Shown: positions 25,835 through 38,436 of the stretch, one piece after another
Layout: the number at the start of each line of letters is the position of its first letter
Numbering within the stretch: position 1 is the stretch's first letter
From: Felis catus
Lineage: Eukaryota
Assembly: GCF_018350175.1 (NCBI RefSeq)
Contig: NC_058368.1
Location: 169,200,001-169,264,000, forward strand
Reading direction: 5' to 3'
DNA length: 64,000 nucleotides
Program-made: the position numbers and the translations under genes
Notes under the pieces: generated by a model
What the model saw: only the letters and a program-made list of their open reading frames with translations
Told to the model about the DNA's origin: nothing
Database searches by the model: none

Positions 25835-27185
25835 TAAAAATAACAATAAAATCACCTTGGAAAGCCAACAACAGAAGAAAATATTTTAACTTAATATTCT
25901 CTTTATCAGAAAGTTTCAGCAAACATCATAACCGATGTTTAAAAAATCAGAAGCATTCCCTTCAAAGACAGAAACAATATGTTTTTAGCTATCACTATTA
26001 TTCAAAATTATATAGGAAGTATACCAGCCAAAGCAATGAGGAAAACACCTAAGTTATAAAAAAAAAAAAAAATGAAAAGAAAGCCACAAATCTGTGAAAA
26101 CTTTCAGACAATCATCAACTCAAGTGATTAGATACATGATAAACAAAAAAAATTCAAAAGTTTTCCTATAACCAGAAAGAGAAAATTTTACTGAAAGTTT
26201 CCATCCAACAAAGCAAATCAAATCATAAGATAGCTAGGAATATTAGAAAGGAATGTGATACATATGGGGGGGGGCGGGGGACCTATAAAACTCAATACTT
26301 AAGAATATAAAGCAAGATGTGAATAAAAGGGAAAGACATACCATACATGCATACTTTTCTGAGGGGAGAGGCTCAGTATCATAAAGATCAGTTTGCCCAA
26401 AATCAGTCTAAAATTTCAATATGACATCATTCAAAAAACCCAAGGATTTTTCATTTAATTTGTAAATTGAGTCTGAAGTTCATCTGGAGAAGAAATGCAT
26501 AAGAGTGAAGTAATTTTGAAAAAAGGGAAAAATGGTTATCAAAATTTTAAATATGCATACCCTTTTACCTAGCAATTCCATTGATAGGAATCCATGCTCC
26601 AGAAATAATCACATACAGAGGAAGTTTCCCTAACAGTTGACTTTTAGGATAAAGGTAGGACTACAAGGGGGGTGGGAACTGCACTTTTTACCATTCTTCC
26701 ACACTGTTTGAATTTTTTTTTAATTTTTTAAGATTTAAAGTTTGTAATTAAAAACTAATCAATACATGAAAAAGTTGGTTTCAAATAAAGCATTCTTTGT
26801 GATTGCAAAAAAACTAAATGTCTTTCAATAAAGGAATGGTTAATTACAGCTCATTCAAACTAATGAAATACCTCTTAACCTTTGCCAGTATCCGAAAGAC
26901 CTATATATAACAAATAAAGATGTCCAACACATAAAAACAAATGAAAGAAGCAAGTGATATACCAATGTGTCTGGTATTCCTCCCACTTCTCCCCCCCAAA
27001 CCCAACTTTACATGTATGTAAATGTGTTCAGAAATGCATTTAGAAAGATGCACAGTAAATGGTTAACTTTAGACAGTGGAGTGGGGCTGGGGGATGAAAA
27101 ATGTTCACTTTTACCTGACAGTCCTTTTTCTAAATTGTTAAATTTTACATCAAGTTTGCATTTCTGTAATTAATTTTTAACACTT
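25835..27185 (+). mobile_element. Ancient L1ME-like fragments
   Basis: agaagcattcccttcaaagacagaaacaa; atacccttttacctagcaattccatt; cagtaaatggttaac. Confidence 0.6.
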
Positions 27186-28302
27186 AAAATTATTTTATAT
27201 AAAAATGACATGAATTCTAGGAGAAAAAAACTAAAAAAATAGTTTAAACGTTTGTTTCTGTTATCACCATGTTTATTTACATACTCTTCAAATGATCTGT
27301 AGTCTTCAGCAGAGGTGACTGCCATTTTAAGGAAATTCAACTGACCAAATAGATTATGATAAAAAATAATACAGTGCGCCTTTTTTTTTTTAAGTCGTAA
27401 ACTTCACAGAAACATCAGACTCAAAGCAGGGTCCGTGCATACGCAAAAAATTTTAATGCCTTGGAGAGGGAAGTCTCCTAAACAGATTATTCTTCCTCCT
27501 TGCAAAAAAGAGTATTTACCTCCTCCTTTTTTCTTCAACTTGGTCTGGGCGACTTTAAACTCACCATTTTGAATGTGCGCAAAATGATTTACAAGCAGTA
27601 ATCTTAGGGAGGCCAAAACTGAAGGTGGATCTGCGAGAGGGGGGCTCAGATCTGACATCGCTAACCGGCAGAAGCATTGATGGAATGGCGTTAATATCGG
27701 GAGAAAAACGATTGTTGTGATTTGTACAGGGTGTGCTGCGTACCCGAGCCTTGGTGACAATCGGAGAAAATGCAAATACAGCCAGGAGAGCGACCGCAAC
27801 GGAAGGCTTCTTGGGGGAGGGGGGGTGCAGGCCTGTGGCGTAAGATGGATCAGCTCTATGTGGGGTGACTGGAAATGGACAGAGAAGGCGGCTGTGAGAT
27901 TTTGCTGGGGGGCACACTCATACAGCCGCCAGTTTCGGCAGAAAGGCAGCGGGGTCCTTGGCCAAGGCACCAAGGACAGCAGAAGCGGCAGCAGGGAAGA
28001 GCGGCCGGTGGACACCCCGAGATCAATCGATGCCATTCGCTGGGGCCAGCAGGCGCGGTGGCCACGGACTCGAGCGCGGCCCCAGGTCCGGGTTGGACCG
28101 GGCCCAGGAGGCGAAGAAGGCCTCTCACAGCCATCAACCCCACCCACCATGGCCGGCGCAGCGGGCAGGGACAGGCCCCACTCCTTCTCGAGGAGAGAAA
28201 TTAAGAAACGGAGGGGGTGAAGGCAGCAATTTCCTCGCCCCGACCCTGATATTCCTGACATCAGAACAAGCCAGATTAAAAAAAAAAAAAAAATCCCCTC
28301 AC

Positions 28303-28500
28303 CGAACTGTGCAGCGGCTCCGGAGCGAGAACAGCGCTCGATCCTCCACCCGCCACCACCGCCTTCTTCTCCGCCTCCGACTCCTCCCCCGCGGAACGCG
28401 CAGCGGCAGGCGGCAGCGGCGGCGGTGGCGGCGGCGGCGGCGGCGGCGGCGGAAGCAGAGGCGGTGGCGGCGCGTCCCGCCCCTTGCGCCGCGGTAGAGG
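28303..28500 (-). other. PJA2: PJA2 non-coding exon 1 (transcription start approximate)
   Basis: Donor CAGTTCG|gtgagg at 28303/28302 inside the only CpG island; GCC-rich leader; promoter motifs immediately to the right. Confidence 0.8.
28409..28450 (-). repeat. Interrupted GCC trinucleotide repeat in the PJA2 5' UTR: (GCC)8 ACC (GCC)2 GCT (GCC)2
   Basis: Read directly from the sequence. Confidence 0.95.
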
Positions 28501-30429
28501 CGAAGGAGGAGGGCACTCAAGCCCCGCCCCGAGGCCAGCACCGACCAATAGACTCAAAGGGCCTCTGCGGGAAAAATCCACATGTCCAATCGGAACCCGA
28601 GGAGTGGGCTCACGTCAATGGTTGGGACGTGGCAGAAAAACGGAAAAATACTTGGACCGTGTGTACTCCCTGGTACTCCCTTCTCGTTCAGTAGGACTTC
28701 ACCGATTGGCCGAAGAGCGGAAGGATGAAGGCACACTCCCCCCACTCTCAACCCAGTCCGGGTCTGGGCACACCTCCTTTCCCTGCAGCACTGCGACGTT
28801 CGGGCAGGGGGCGGGGCACCGTGATGGGGCTGGAACAGCAAGGCCTTTTGTGGTTCGGGCTGGGAGAAAAGGCGGGGTCTCAGGGAAAGGGAAGGGGGTG
28901 TGGAGAACCAAGGGAAGAACTGGCGCAGCTAGACTTTTTCAGAAAACCCGAAGCAACAACCAAAATGGAGGCGTTAAAATCAATCCTAATTCCACTGGAA
29001 ACCTGACTGACAAGGTTAAGGTCTCCTGACATAAAGTTCAAAGGGTTGCAGTTCAGATATGAGTGGGACAAGAAAAAATAGATGGAAGAAGGACACATTG
29101 GCCCATCCTGACTCGGCTTACTATCTAGTGGGTTTTCCCCTCCCACCCTACAATCACACCTTTGCATCCTCATTTCTCATTCTGTTGGAAGGGGAGTATA
29201 GCGGACGCCTGCTTTCGCTCTCTATAGACCTTGCCTAATTAGAACCTTCCAGTTTGCATCTAGAGGCTAACCGGCTGTCAAGGCGAGAAGTAACAGCTCC
29301 CATCACATGTAACCAAAATAAATACAACAGCTGTAGTCCCTGGACATCTTGCTTAATTTAAACACGGGTAACAGTTTACTTAATCATGTCAGTGATGCTA
29401 AATTGTTTCTTTGTCCGGCACATGTCCTTTCTTTTTCATCCTGAACATGTCCGCTTCTCTGATTACAGTCCTGCTTTCCTGCCACCTTATTCCCCAACCC
29501 CCTCAACTCCTTTCACACATATGCCCAGTGCCCAGGATATATTTATCATGTCCCCTCCCCCAAGGATTAAGAGCCCCACTTCTTGTGCTGTCCCTGGCAA
29601 CTGCAAAATCTGCCAGTGATCTCAGACTTTTTTTTTTCCTGTTGGTTAAAACAAATTATCCAAAATTTACTATGGGAACTTAAGTTATGAGATTTGCTAT
29701 AGGCATTTTGTACAATCAAATCCAAGTCTCAGCCCACCCATGTAGTACATTTCTTACCAAGAAACCATTTCCCACTTGATATTTCTGTCCTTTACACACG
29801 TTGCTCTAGAAGCTGTGGCTCTTTTTCCATCCAAGTTTTCCCACTTTGAAAGATAATTCATACTTTAATCACATTTCTTTAATCTCCCTTAGGATGTTGC
29901 ATACTGATCCAATTGGATATACCAACATGTTTGTTGGGGCAGGGTTTCTCAACTTCAATCTTTTTCATACTTGTGTATACTACTCACAGTATTATTTATT
30001 ATTTTCTTTAAATGTATTTTTTGTTTCAATTTCTTTAGAGGGAAAGTTTATAAAAGTACTATGAATGGAAGAAAACCTCCATCATCGATTCTAGTTTGAA
30101 AGTAACAGTAAGAAAAGTGAACAAAACAATTTTTTTAAATGATGGCTAGAAACTATTGCCTACTAAAGTCTCTGAACCTAAACCCCACTTCCTGTTAAAA
30201 GGGTCTGTTACCAAGCATTAGACACATATTAAAGATCAAGCACACAAATGGCATTTTTATCATGATGTAATCAAAGGATAGAAAAATAGAGCTAAAATAG
30301 GAATCACTTTCTCACAATGAGTCATTGTTTTTAATCCTGCATGCATGCCCCAAGTAAAGTCATCCAAGGCATCAGAAGTGATCTGTGTTACTTTTTGGGA
30401 AACACTGCTGTGGAGGCTTAAATCATGTA

Positions 30430-30640
30430 TTCTATAATCAAACAGACCGTATTCTCATAATAGCTCCTGCATTTATAGCTGTGTGCCTCTGGACAATCTA
30501 TTTACCTCTCTGGCCTCTTATTTCCAATTTAAATATGGGAAAAGTAATATTTACTCATGAGTCACTGAATACATTAAATAGCCTAATAAAGGTAAAGCAT
30601 ATCATACCATGTTGTAAGTACTAGATACATATTAGCTGAT
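30430..30640 (+). mobile_element. MIR SINE
   Basis: tagctgtgtgcctctggacaatctatttacctctctggcctc...taaagcat. Confidence 0.6.
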
Positions 30641-30759
30641 ATATTATGTGTAAATAGAGATGATAATAATATGTATTATTGCCTTGTACATATAATTCTT
30701 ATTGACTCCAGAGATGAGAAGCATTCCCCAAAGCAAAGAGTTTAAGATACGATGTAAAA

Positions 30760-30945
30760 CAGTGGTCCTTAAAGAGTGATACAGACCAACAGCATCAGCA
30801 TTACCTGGGAACTTTTAAAAATACAAATTCTCAGGTAGGTCCATCCTCAGACCTGAATTGGAAACTCTAACTGTGGAGTCCAGCAATCTGTAGCTTAGCG
30901 AGTCTTCCAGACAATTCTGATATATGTAAAGTTTCGTGACCACAG
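30760..30945 (+). mobile_element. MER5A MITE
   Basis: cagtggtcct...cagcatcagcattacctgggaactt...aattctcagg...aattctgat...aagtttcgtgaccacag. Confidence 0.85.
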
Positions 30946-30989
30946 ATATCGTAGAAAGAGGACTGACTAGTCAAGGAGTGGGAGGGCCT

Positions 30990-32348
30990 GACTTTTAATT
31001 ATAGTCTTAAAGTGACATCAGCCAAATGGAGGCATAAGGACCTCTGAAAATTCTTTTCTCCACAAAAGCAGTGAGAAAACTGGCAATTTTGTCAGAATCA
31101 ACTTTTTCCAAATTCTAGATATTAACCAAAGGCTTGCAGCAATCCAGGAAGCATTTATGCGGGAAAACAGCTGAATTTCTCAGTAAGAACAGTAAGCTTT
31201 GTGATGTTTTGACTTATTCTAACCCAGTCCCTCTAGCTCCAGTTCTGCTTTTGCACTGAAAAACAATAGCCCACAATCATGGGGAAAACCAGCAGCCTGG
31301 CAGCCACCTGATGAGGCAGAGTGAGACTGGAGAGCCTTCAAAACCTAATTCTAAGAGAATAATTTCACCTACCTGCGCTTCCCTAGAAGATCTCACTTGC
31401 AAGGCTGTCTTCATTTGATTTGATTCAGAGCCAAACCAGTGCAAAAAGCCTTCTCCCCAGAAGCATTTGTCAAAAACAATGAGAGGGAATCGATTAACTT
31501 TCCTGTCACCTTAGGTAGTAGAAACAGCTGGGACAAAAAAACAGATTAACCAAAAAGCTTAAAAGGAAAAGTTGGAGAAGGTCCTATAGGACTTTGAAAA
31601 ACTGCAACATATTCATAGGAATCTCGAAACCCAAACACATTAGAAACCCACACACATGCCCCGGGGCTGCAGTAAACTGTGCATAAGATCAGGCAAGACC
31701 TGAGGGGGCCCATAGCATTCACCATAGGCTGACTTTGAGGCTCTGTAAAAGTTAGAAACGAAGGCTAAGAGAAAATTGGCAATCCCTGGCTTAGTGTTGA
31801 AGCCATGACTCAGCACACACAGACTCTCTATAAACACTGGGAGATATATTGGTTCCAGACATTTAAGGAAATCTATCTAATTATTAGCTGAGCCCTAAGC
31901 TAACCAAGCAGAATCTTCCCTGGCCACACATGACAAAGAATACAGACTGCAGGTAGTTCAGCAATGTCACTGAACAAACAAAAAGCATCTATAACAAATA
32001 GCAACAACAAAAAACCCCAGGGGAGGAAGAAGAGTCTGATTTCCAGAGTTTCCACATTATGTTTTTTAAATGTCTAGTTTTCAACAAAACCAAAAGTTGG
32101 TTCTTCAAAAAGATCAACAAGATTGACAAGCCTTTAGCTATACTGAATAAGAATAAAAAGAGAGATGACTCAAATTACTAAAACCAGGAAAGAAGACATT
32201 ACTACTAATGTTACAGAAATAAAAAAAAATTATAAGGGCAAACCAAATATTTGTATGCTAACAGTTTAGAAAACCTAGGCAAAAATGGACAATTTTCTAG
32301 AAAGACACAAACCATAAAAACTGACTCAAGAAGAAACAGAAAATCTAA
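30990..32348 (+). mobile_element. Old L1 5' UTR joined to an ORF2 fragment (internal deletion near 32088)
   Basis: tcagaatcaactttttcc...attaaccaaaggcttgcagcaatc, then caaaagttggttcttcaaaaagatcaacaa. Confidence 0.75.
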
Positions 32349-32526
32349 TCTTAGCCTTGTCATTTATGAACTGAATGACCTTAGTTTAGGTTGGTCATTC
32401 AATTATCTTGAGTCTTAGTTTCTTCAACTAAAAAACAGATATAATAATCCCTATGCCATATATTTAAATGAGGTGATAGAGAGGTTTTATTAGGTGTATA
32501 TTAGGTATATTAAGACACTTTAGCCA

Positions 32527-32600
32527 CTCTGTGCTGACAGCATCGAGCCTGCTTGAGAGTCTCTGTCTCCCTCTCTCTCTTTGCCCCTCCCTTCTCCTGG

Positions 32601-32632
<32 letters not shown>

Positions 32633-32684
32633 TCTCTCTCCCTCTCTCTCTGTCTCAAAAATAAATAAACATTAAAAAAAAAAA
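32527..32684 (+). mobile_element. 5'-truncated CanSINE
   Basis: Starts at ctctgtgctgacagc; CT tract and A tail; degenerate TSD taaga.ac...agccact. Confidence 0.88.
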
Positions 32685-33949
32685 TAAGATACCCCAGCCA
32701 CTGAAACAACTCTTAAAATCCTTAAGCCTCAGTAGCATCTACACAAGATTATTTATTATTAAAAGTTCATTCAGTAGGATTGGTGGGAAGCTCTGCTTCA
32801 CATTTTGGGACCTGAGCTCTATCATCTTTAATAAATGGATTTCATTAAAAGTCTGAGTACCAACAACCAGCCAATAGAATAAAGGAAGCATGGAAGGGAA
32901 AATGTGAAGGATATCAGAGATTTTTATTAGCCTACCGTGGATATAGTCTAGCCATTAGTGATCATGATCTTCCAGGAGATCACCTTGAACCTATGGAGGC
33001 TTGGTTTTAGGCTCTGTTAGACTATATTTTGGTTTTGTCCTTACTATTAGTATGTAGTCCTTATGCCTAGGGTGTGGTTCTGACTCTTAGAATATCACCC
33101 TTCAGGGTCTCAACTGGAAGCCTGGGATATTTACTGAGATCTCTCACTCTTGACAGGACTTAAATTCTTGTTTTTGACTCCCAGACTGTACAACTACTGA
33201 AACCTCTGCTTAGTTCTTTAAAATCAAAGTCACTGTTTCCTGCTGGGTTTCTTGGAGTTTTGCTCTTTGCTTGAACCATTTACTAGTCAGCCAACAACTT
33301 AAAGGGAATTTATTGGGAGGTTTTGAGGTTCCTTATTTGCAGTTCCTTCTTCTTGGGAAAGTTTCCACTATAGTTCAGCCATTTTGGCAACTTTGTACTC
33401 TGACCCCTTTCTCCTCTGTGTACTAAGAATACCACATTCTGCTTGAACTCTAGTCCCTGGTTCCACAATTTGGTACATACTCTCAGGGGAAAAGCCACAA
33501 TAATGTGAAGCTCACCTTGTGTTTAACTTCTCTCAAGAATAACAGGCTCTCAAGTCCTACCTGCACTGCTAACTATTCAATGCCTTCAAATATTTGTTTT
33601 ACATATTTCCCCAGTTTTTATAATTGCTTTCAGTGGGAAGGTTAGTCTGATGGATGTTAATTCATTGTGGTTATAACCAGAAGTCCACTAAATGGTTGTT
33701 TTAAAGTTTGACAGGGAAATGTATTTCTAGTCTAGACTCATAGTTCTTTATCAATATAATTTCTTTAAAATCTTAAAAGTTCTGATATTGTTTTCTTTCA
33801 ATAAGTTTTATGATTTATTAGCCATATCCAAATCCCAAATTTAATTCTTAAGTCTGCTTTAATTCTTTGCATTTAACCTCCATGCCTCTCTTTCAGTTTA
33901 ATGGTGACTACCATCAAGCTTGGTGGAGAAATCTATAGTCTTTTTTTAA

Positions 33950-34148
33950 CATTTTTTTAAAGCTTATTTGTATTTATTTTGGGAGAAATAGCAAGCAGGG
34001 GAGGGGAAGAGAGTGACAGAATCCCAAGCAGGCTCCACGCTGTCAGCACAGAGCCCAATGTGGGGTTCAAACCCACGAACTGCAAGATCATGACCTGAGC
34101 CAAAGTCAAGAGTCAGATGCTTATCTGACTGAGCCACCCAGATGCCCC
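33950..34148 (-). mobile_element. CanSINE
   Basis: TSD agaaa(t/g)ctata(g/a)tctt. Confidence 0.93.
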
Positions 34149-34979
34149 AAGAAAGCTATAATCTTAAACTGATTTTTTTTCATAAATATTAGTCATAATT
34201 GGCCTGTGTTGATCAAAATCTTTCTTAGTCTTTTATCTATAGTATTAGGTCTGGTGGAAGTCCACTGTTCCAGTCATTTGCAGCCCCGAAGTTTTTTAGA
34301 ATTTCTCTATTTCATTTCTATTTGCATACAACCCTTTCTTGTCTGAGTTCATATCTTTAATCTTATATTTTGCTAAACAGTCAGTGGCAACAATATACAC
34401 CTCCAACATTCTGTTTTCGAAACTTTTTCCCTGGAGTTACAGACTGCAGGCACTTTATCTGCTCCCAAATACCCTCAGTGATGGAGGTGTTTTAACCAAA
34501 TGCTTTGGTATTGCATAGCATGGATCTCCATCTTTACAGAGTCTGAAATAAGTTGCTTCACCATTCGTTGACCAACTGCTAAACCAGTGTCCTGTATTTA
34601 CAATATTTTGTTACAAAAAAATCATGTATTAATTAAGCAAGTCTAGATAATGTAACAGATAAAGACTAAACTGTTATGAAACAATCATTGGAAAACTATT
34701 TCCTGAAGACATAAGGTCCACCTAGTGGTGAGGGAGAGAGTTAATGGGAGAGAGGTACTTCTTTATACTGTAATTCAATGACCCATGCTGATAGAGGAAG
34801 AGCCATCTTCAATCATGTGTTCCAAGTTTATGCTGAGAATCCCCACCAAAGAGTTCAAGAACTTTGACCAGCTGCATCCTGGTTAAAAGCAAAAGAACAT
34901 GAAATGGGTAATTGAAAAAAGAAGGTATAAATACTCAACCAGTTACAGCCTGTGACATAATTTACTCTATTGGTTACAC

Positions 34980-35158
34980 CTGTGGTTCTCATGCTGCTGA
35001 AACTTCACAAGTAACATCAACATCACCTAGGAACTAAATGCAAATTTTCATGCTGTATCCTAGCCTTACTGAGTCAGAAACATTGGGGATGGGCCCAGTA
35101 CTGTGGTTAATGAATCCTCTGGGTGATTCTAATGCAGGCTAGGATTTGAGAACCACTA
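34980..35158 (+). mobile_element. MER5A-like MITE
   Basis: tgtggttctc...catcacctaggaact...ggtgattctaatgca...tttgagaaccacta. Confidence 0.8.
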
Positions 35159-35289
35159 GGTTTCAGTACATCAATATTGGGCTGAGAAGCGGGTGTGGTG
35201 ATTGATAAGATTTTGGTTTTCTCCTTTCCTAGACAAACTAAATGTAGTTTATAGTAGCTGTTTTTCTGTGAAAGTTTAATCGTGACAAG

Positions 35290-35950
35290 AGTGTGATGGC
35301 TGCACTACAATAGACAATACTGACTGGCTTCTTCAGCTGTCATTAAACCTTATAACATAACTTCCTACGTTGGAGAAACTGGAAAGTTGACTTCACTTCT
35401 TAGATGTTATTGTTGCTAGGTTCCAGATGTGATTTAGGTTCTGCCAATTAGATACATCCATGTGAGATTTGCAAGGTGAAAATGAGTGTCTCAAGTCAAT
35501 GTACTCTTTTACGGTTTTGGTTATTTCTGCTGCAATCCCAGGTTACAGGAAATGGAATTACCTCCATCAGCTGTGGCAGAGATACCAGTATCTGGTGTCC
35601 AGTTTTGTGGCAGTCCTGTTAGGGTTTGAAATATTCATTTTGTTGGTGTGGATTGTGGTGGAGGTGATGGGGCTCTGGAGCTGGGAACTATAGTGACCGT
35701 TTCCTTGAATTGCTGAACAGCGTTTGATTCTCTGTTTTTCTGGTCATGGCAAGGGCACAAGTTCTCTTGGTGACCCAGTTTTTCAGTGCGACTTGGGGGG
35801 TCATACTTGGATGACCAAAACAGAGCCTATTTCATCAACTCTACCAGCCATTTTGTATAATATATCTTTTTTTTTTTTTTTTTTTTTTTTTTGCTTAGAC
35901 TTGAAAGCATGTATTAAGTTTTCTGAAACTGATTCTGAATGATAACAGTA
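35290..35950 (+). mobile_element. Old MaLR/ERVL-type LTR relic
   Basis: tgctaggttccagatgtgatttaggttctgccaattagat; ends ...ctgattctgaatgataaca. Confidence 0.45.
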
Positions 35951-36399
35951 AGGTGATCTGTTTTTTCTCTCTGGAAGCTTTTGGCACATTTTCCTTATCT
36001 TTTTTGTTCTAAAATTTTATAACAATTTGTTTTAAATGTGGAGTCTGTTTTGATTCATGTGCTCAGGCATTAAGTAAATTTTTTTCTGCATAAAGAACTA
36101 AATCTTTGAGCCCAGGGAAATTTTTCTATATTATTAGATAGCTAATTTCCTCCTCTCTCTTTTCTTGGCTCTTTAGATATATTCCAGTTCTTTTCTTTCA
36201 CCCTTTCATCCTATTTTTCTCCAGATTTCTTAGAGCTCTTAAACTCTATCTTTAATTCCTTCCTTTGAATTATTGTTTTCAGCCATCATATTTTTAATTT
36301 CTCAGTTTTCTCCCTTCTGGTGTTATACTGCTCTTTTTTTTTTTTTTTTTTTTTTGGATATAATCTTTTCTTGAATCTTTCCAAAGTTTCTCCCTCTCC

Positions 36400-36876
36400 C
36401 CAACTTTCGTGAAATATGACTGACAAAATTATATACATTTAAGGCATACCATGTGATGTTTTGCTATACATACACATTGTAAAATGACTACCACAGTGAA
36501 GCTTATTAAGATATCTATCACATCATATAGCTATGTTTCCTTTTTTTTTTTTTGAGATATACCCTCTCAGCAAATTTCAAGTATACAATAAATTGTTATT
36601 AACTATAGTCACGATGCTGTACATTAGGTCTCTAGAATTTATTTATGCTATAATGAAAAATTTGTACCCTACTACAATTTTACTCCCATTCTTCCACCCC
36701 AATAACCACCATCCTGCCATCCTGCTCTCTGTTTTACTGAGTTGAGTTGAGTTTCTACATTTAAGTGAGATCATGCAGTATTTATCTTTCTGTGTCTAGT
36801 TCATTTCACTTAGAATAATATCCTCCAGGATCATCCACATTGCACAAATGGCAGGGTTTCTATATTTTTGATGCAA

Positions 36877-36929
<53 letters not shown>

Positions 36930-36945
36930 GGAATATTATTCACAG
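36400..36945 (-). mobile_element. L1MA-type 3' UTR with (TA)n tract
   Basis: cagcaaatttcaagtatacaat...aagtgagatcatgcagtatttatctttctgtgtct; (TA)n at ~36877-36927. Confidence 0.85.
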
Positions 36946-37350
36946 GTAATCATTCACTATGTTCTCACTTTCCCCAATGGGAGAAATTGTGGATTAAACA
37001 TCTCTCTTGGCCCTAAGATGTGCTGCCTTGGGGGAGGGACATCATGGGTAAAGTGAAACTGTTCTTCTGACCTTCTTCAACACCTGCATTCTTGGATTTT
37101 TTGCTCCAATGTTTCCATTGGACTCCTGGACTCCCACAAAGGTGCTCTGATCTGTGGGTGGTTGTCCAAAATCAGTGTTCTGTGGGGGAATGATAATAGC
37201 ATACTCCTATTCTGCCATCTTACTGATCCCAAAGATTCTAATTAGAGGTTTATTTTATTGATTTTGAAGTTCCCTTCTGTTCTTTGAAGTATTTCTGTTT
37301 CCTTCAGTGTTGAATTTCACAGTATTTTAAAATCAGAATTCCTCTTTCTT

Positions 37351-37542
37351 GGGGAGCCTGGGCAGCTCTGTCAGTTAGCCGTCTGAGTTCGGCTCAGGTC
37401 ATGATCTCCTGGTTGGTGGATTCAAGCCCCACATTGGGCTCTGCACTGACAATGCAGAGCCTGCTTAGGATTCTTTCTCTCCCTCTCTCTCTCTGCCCCT
37501 GTCCTGCTCTCTCTCTCTCTCTCAAAATAAATAAACTTAAAA
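37351..37542 (+). mobile_element. CanSINE
   Basis: TSD aaaatcag(a/t)attcctctttct. Confidence 0.94.
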
Positions 37543-37814
37543 AATCAGTATTCCTCTTTCTAATACAAACTTTCTTCACATATATGATAACCCTTGATTT
37601 GAAAATAATAAATTATAAGTTCAGGGAATGTGAATGAAGCTTGTTGAGTGGAAGACCTCACCTTAAGAGGCACTAGCTCTTTGGCTGAGAGAATCATAAA
37701 TACTAAAATGCCAAAAGTTTGCTCTAAGGCCATCCAGTTTCTTCAGAGGAATGAAAACATATTTAACTTCTTTGTCTTCGAGAGACACTTCACTGTTTTA
37801 TTTTTCTGCACAGA

Positions 37815-38140
37815 ATTTCATATAGAACTACAATATAATAGCCATTAGCCACCTGTGGCTGAGCACCTGAATTGTAGCTCTTCTGAATTAAGATGCACAG
37901 AAGTGTAAGATACACAGCAGATTGTAAAGATTTAGTTCAGTAAAAAAGAAAAGAAAACATGTCAAATAAAAATTATTAAATTTTTATATTGATTACATGT
38001 TTAACATTTTAGGTATGTTGGGATAATTAAAATATATCAACATTAATTTCACTGTTTCTTTTTATTTTTTAATTTGAATTCGATAGTATTTAAAATATAC
38101 ATGTGGCTCGAAGTATATTTCTGTTGCTCAGCATTAATAT
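37815..38140. mobile_element. MER33/MER3-like hAT MITE
   Basis: tagccattagccacctgtggctgagcacctgaa...tatattgattacatg...acatgtggctcg. Confidence 0.75.
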
Positions 38141-38236
38141 AGTAGAGCTTTCAGTGATCTTTCTTCAGTTCTGTATCTTCTGCTTTTCATAGTACCAATA
38201 TGTAGCTTTCTGAAATATCAAGTATCTCTGAGATTC

Positions 38237-38436
38237 TTTTTTTAAGTTTATTTATTTATTTGGGGTGGGAGGAGTGGAGCAGAGACAGAGAGGGAGAGAG
38301 AGAGAAAATCCCAAGAGAGAATCTGCACTGACAGTGCAAAACCAAATGTGAGGCTCAAACTCACCAACTATGAGACCATGGACTGAGCCAAAATCAAGAG
38401 TTAGATGCTTAACTGTCTGAGACACCCAGGCACCCC
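38237..38436 (-). mobile_element. CanSINE
   Basis: TSD atctctgagattctttt. Confidence 0.93.

Larger units (their letters stand above)
27650..28980. promoter_or_regulatory. CpG island and TATA-less PJA2 promoter
   Basis: Sharp rise in GC and CpG against an AT-rich background. GC box CCCCGCCCC ~28522; CCAAT boxes ~28545, ~28586 and ATTGG ~28705; CRE-like CACGTCA ~28611; ETS-like CGGAAG ~28718; YY1-like AAAATGGAGGCG ~28962. Confidence 0.9.

Noticed and set aside
27404..29173. Many long overlapping ORFs (up to 370 aa) on both strands
   Set aside because: Stop-poor GC-rich CpG island; low-complexity Ala/Pro/Arg/Gly translations that run through the exon 1 donor and a poly-A tract; no recognisable protein.
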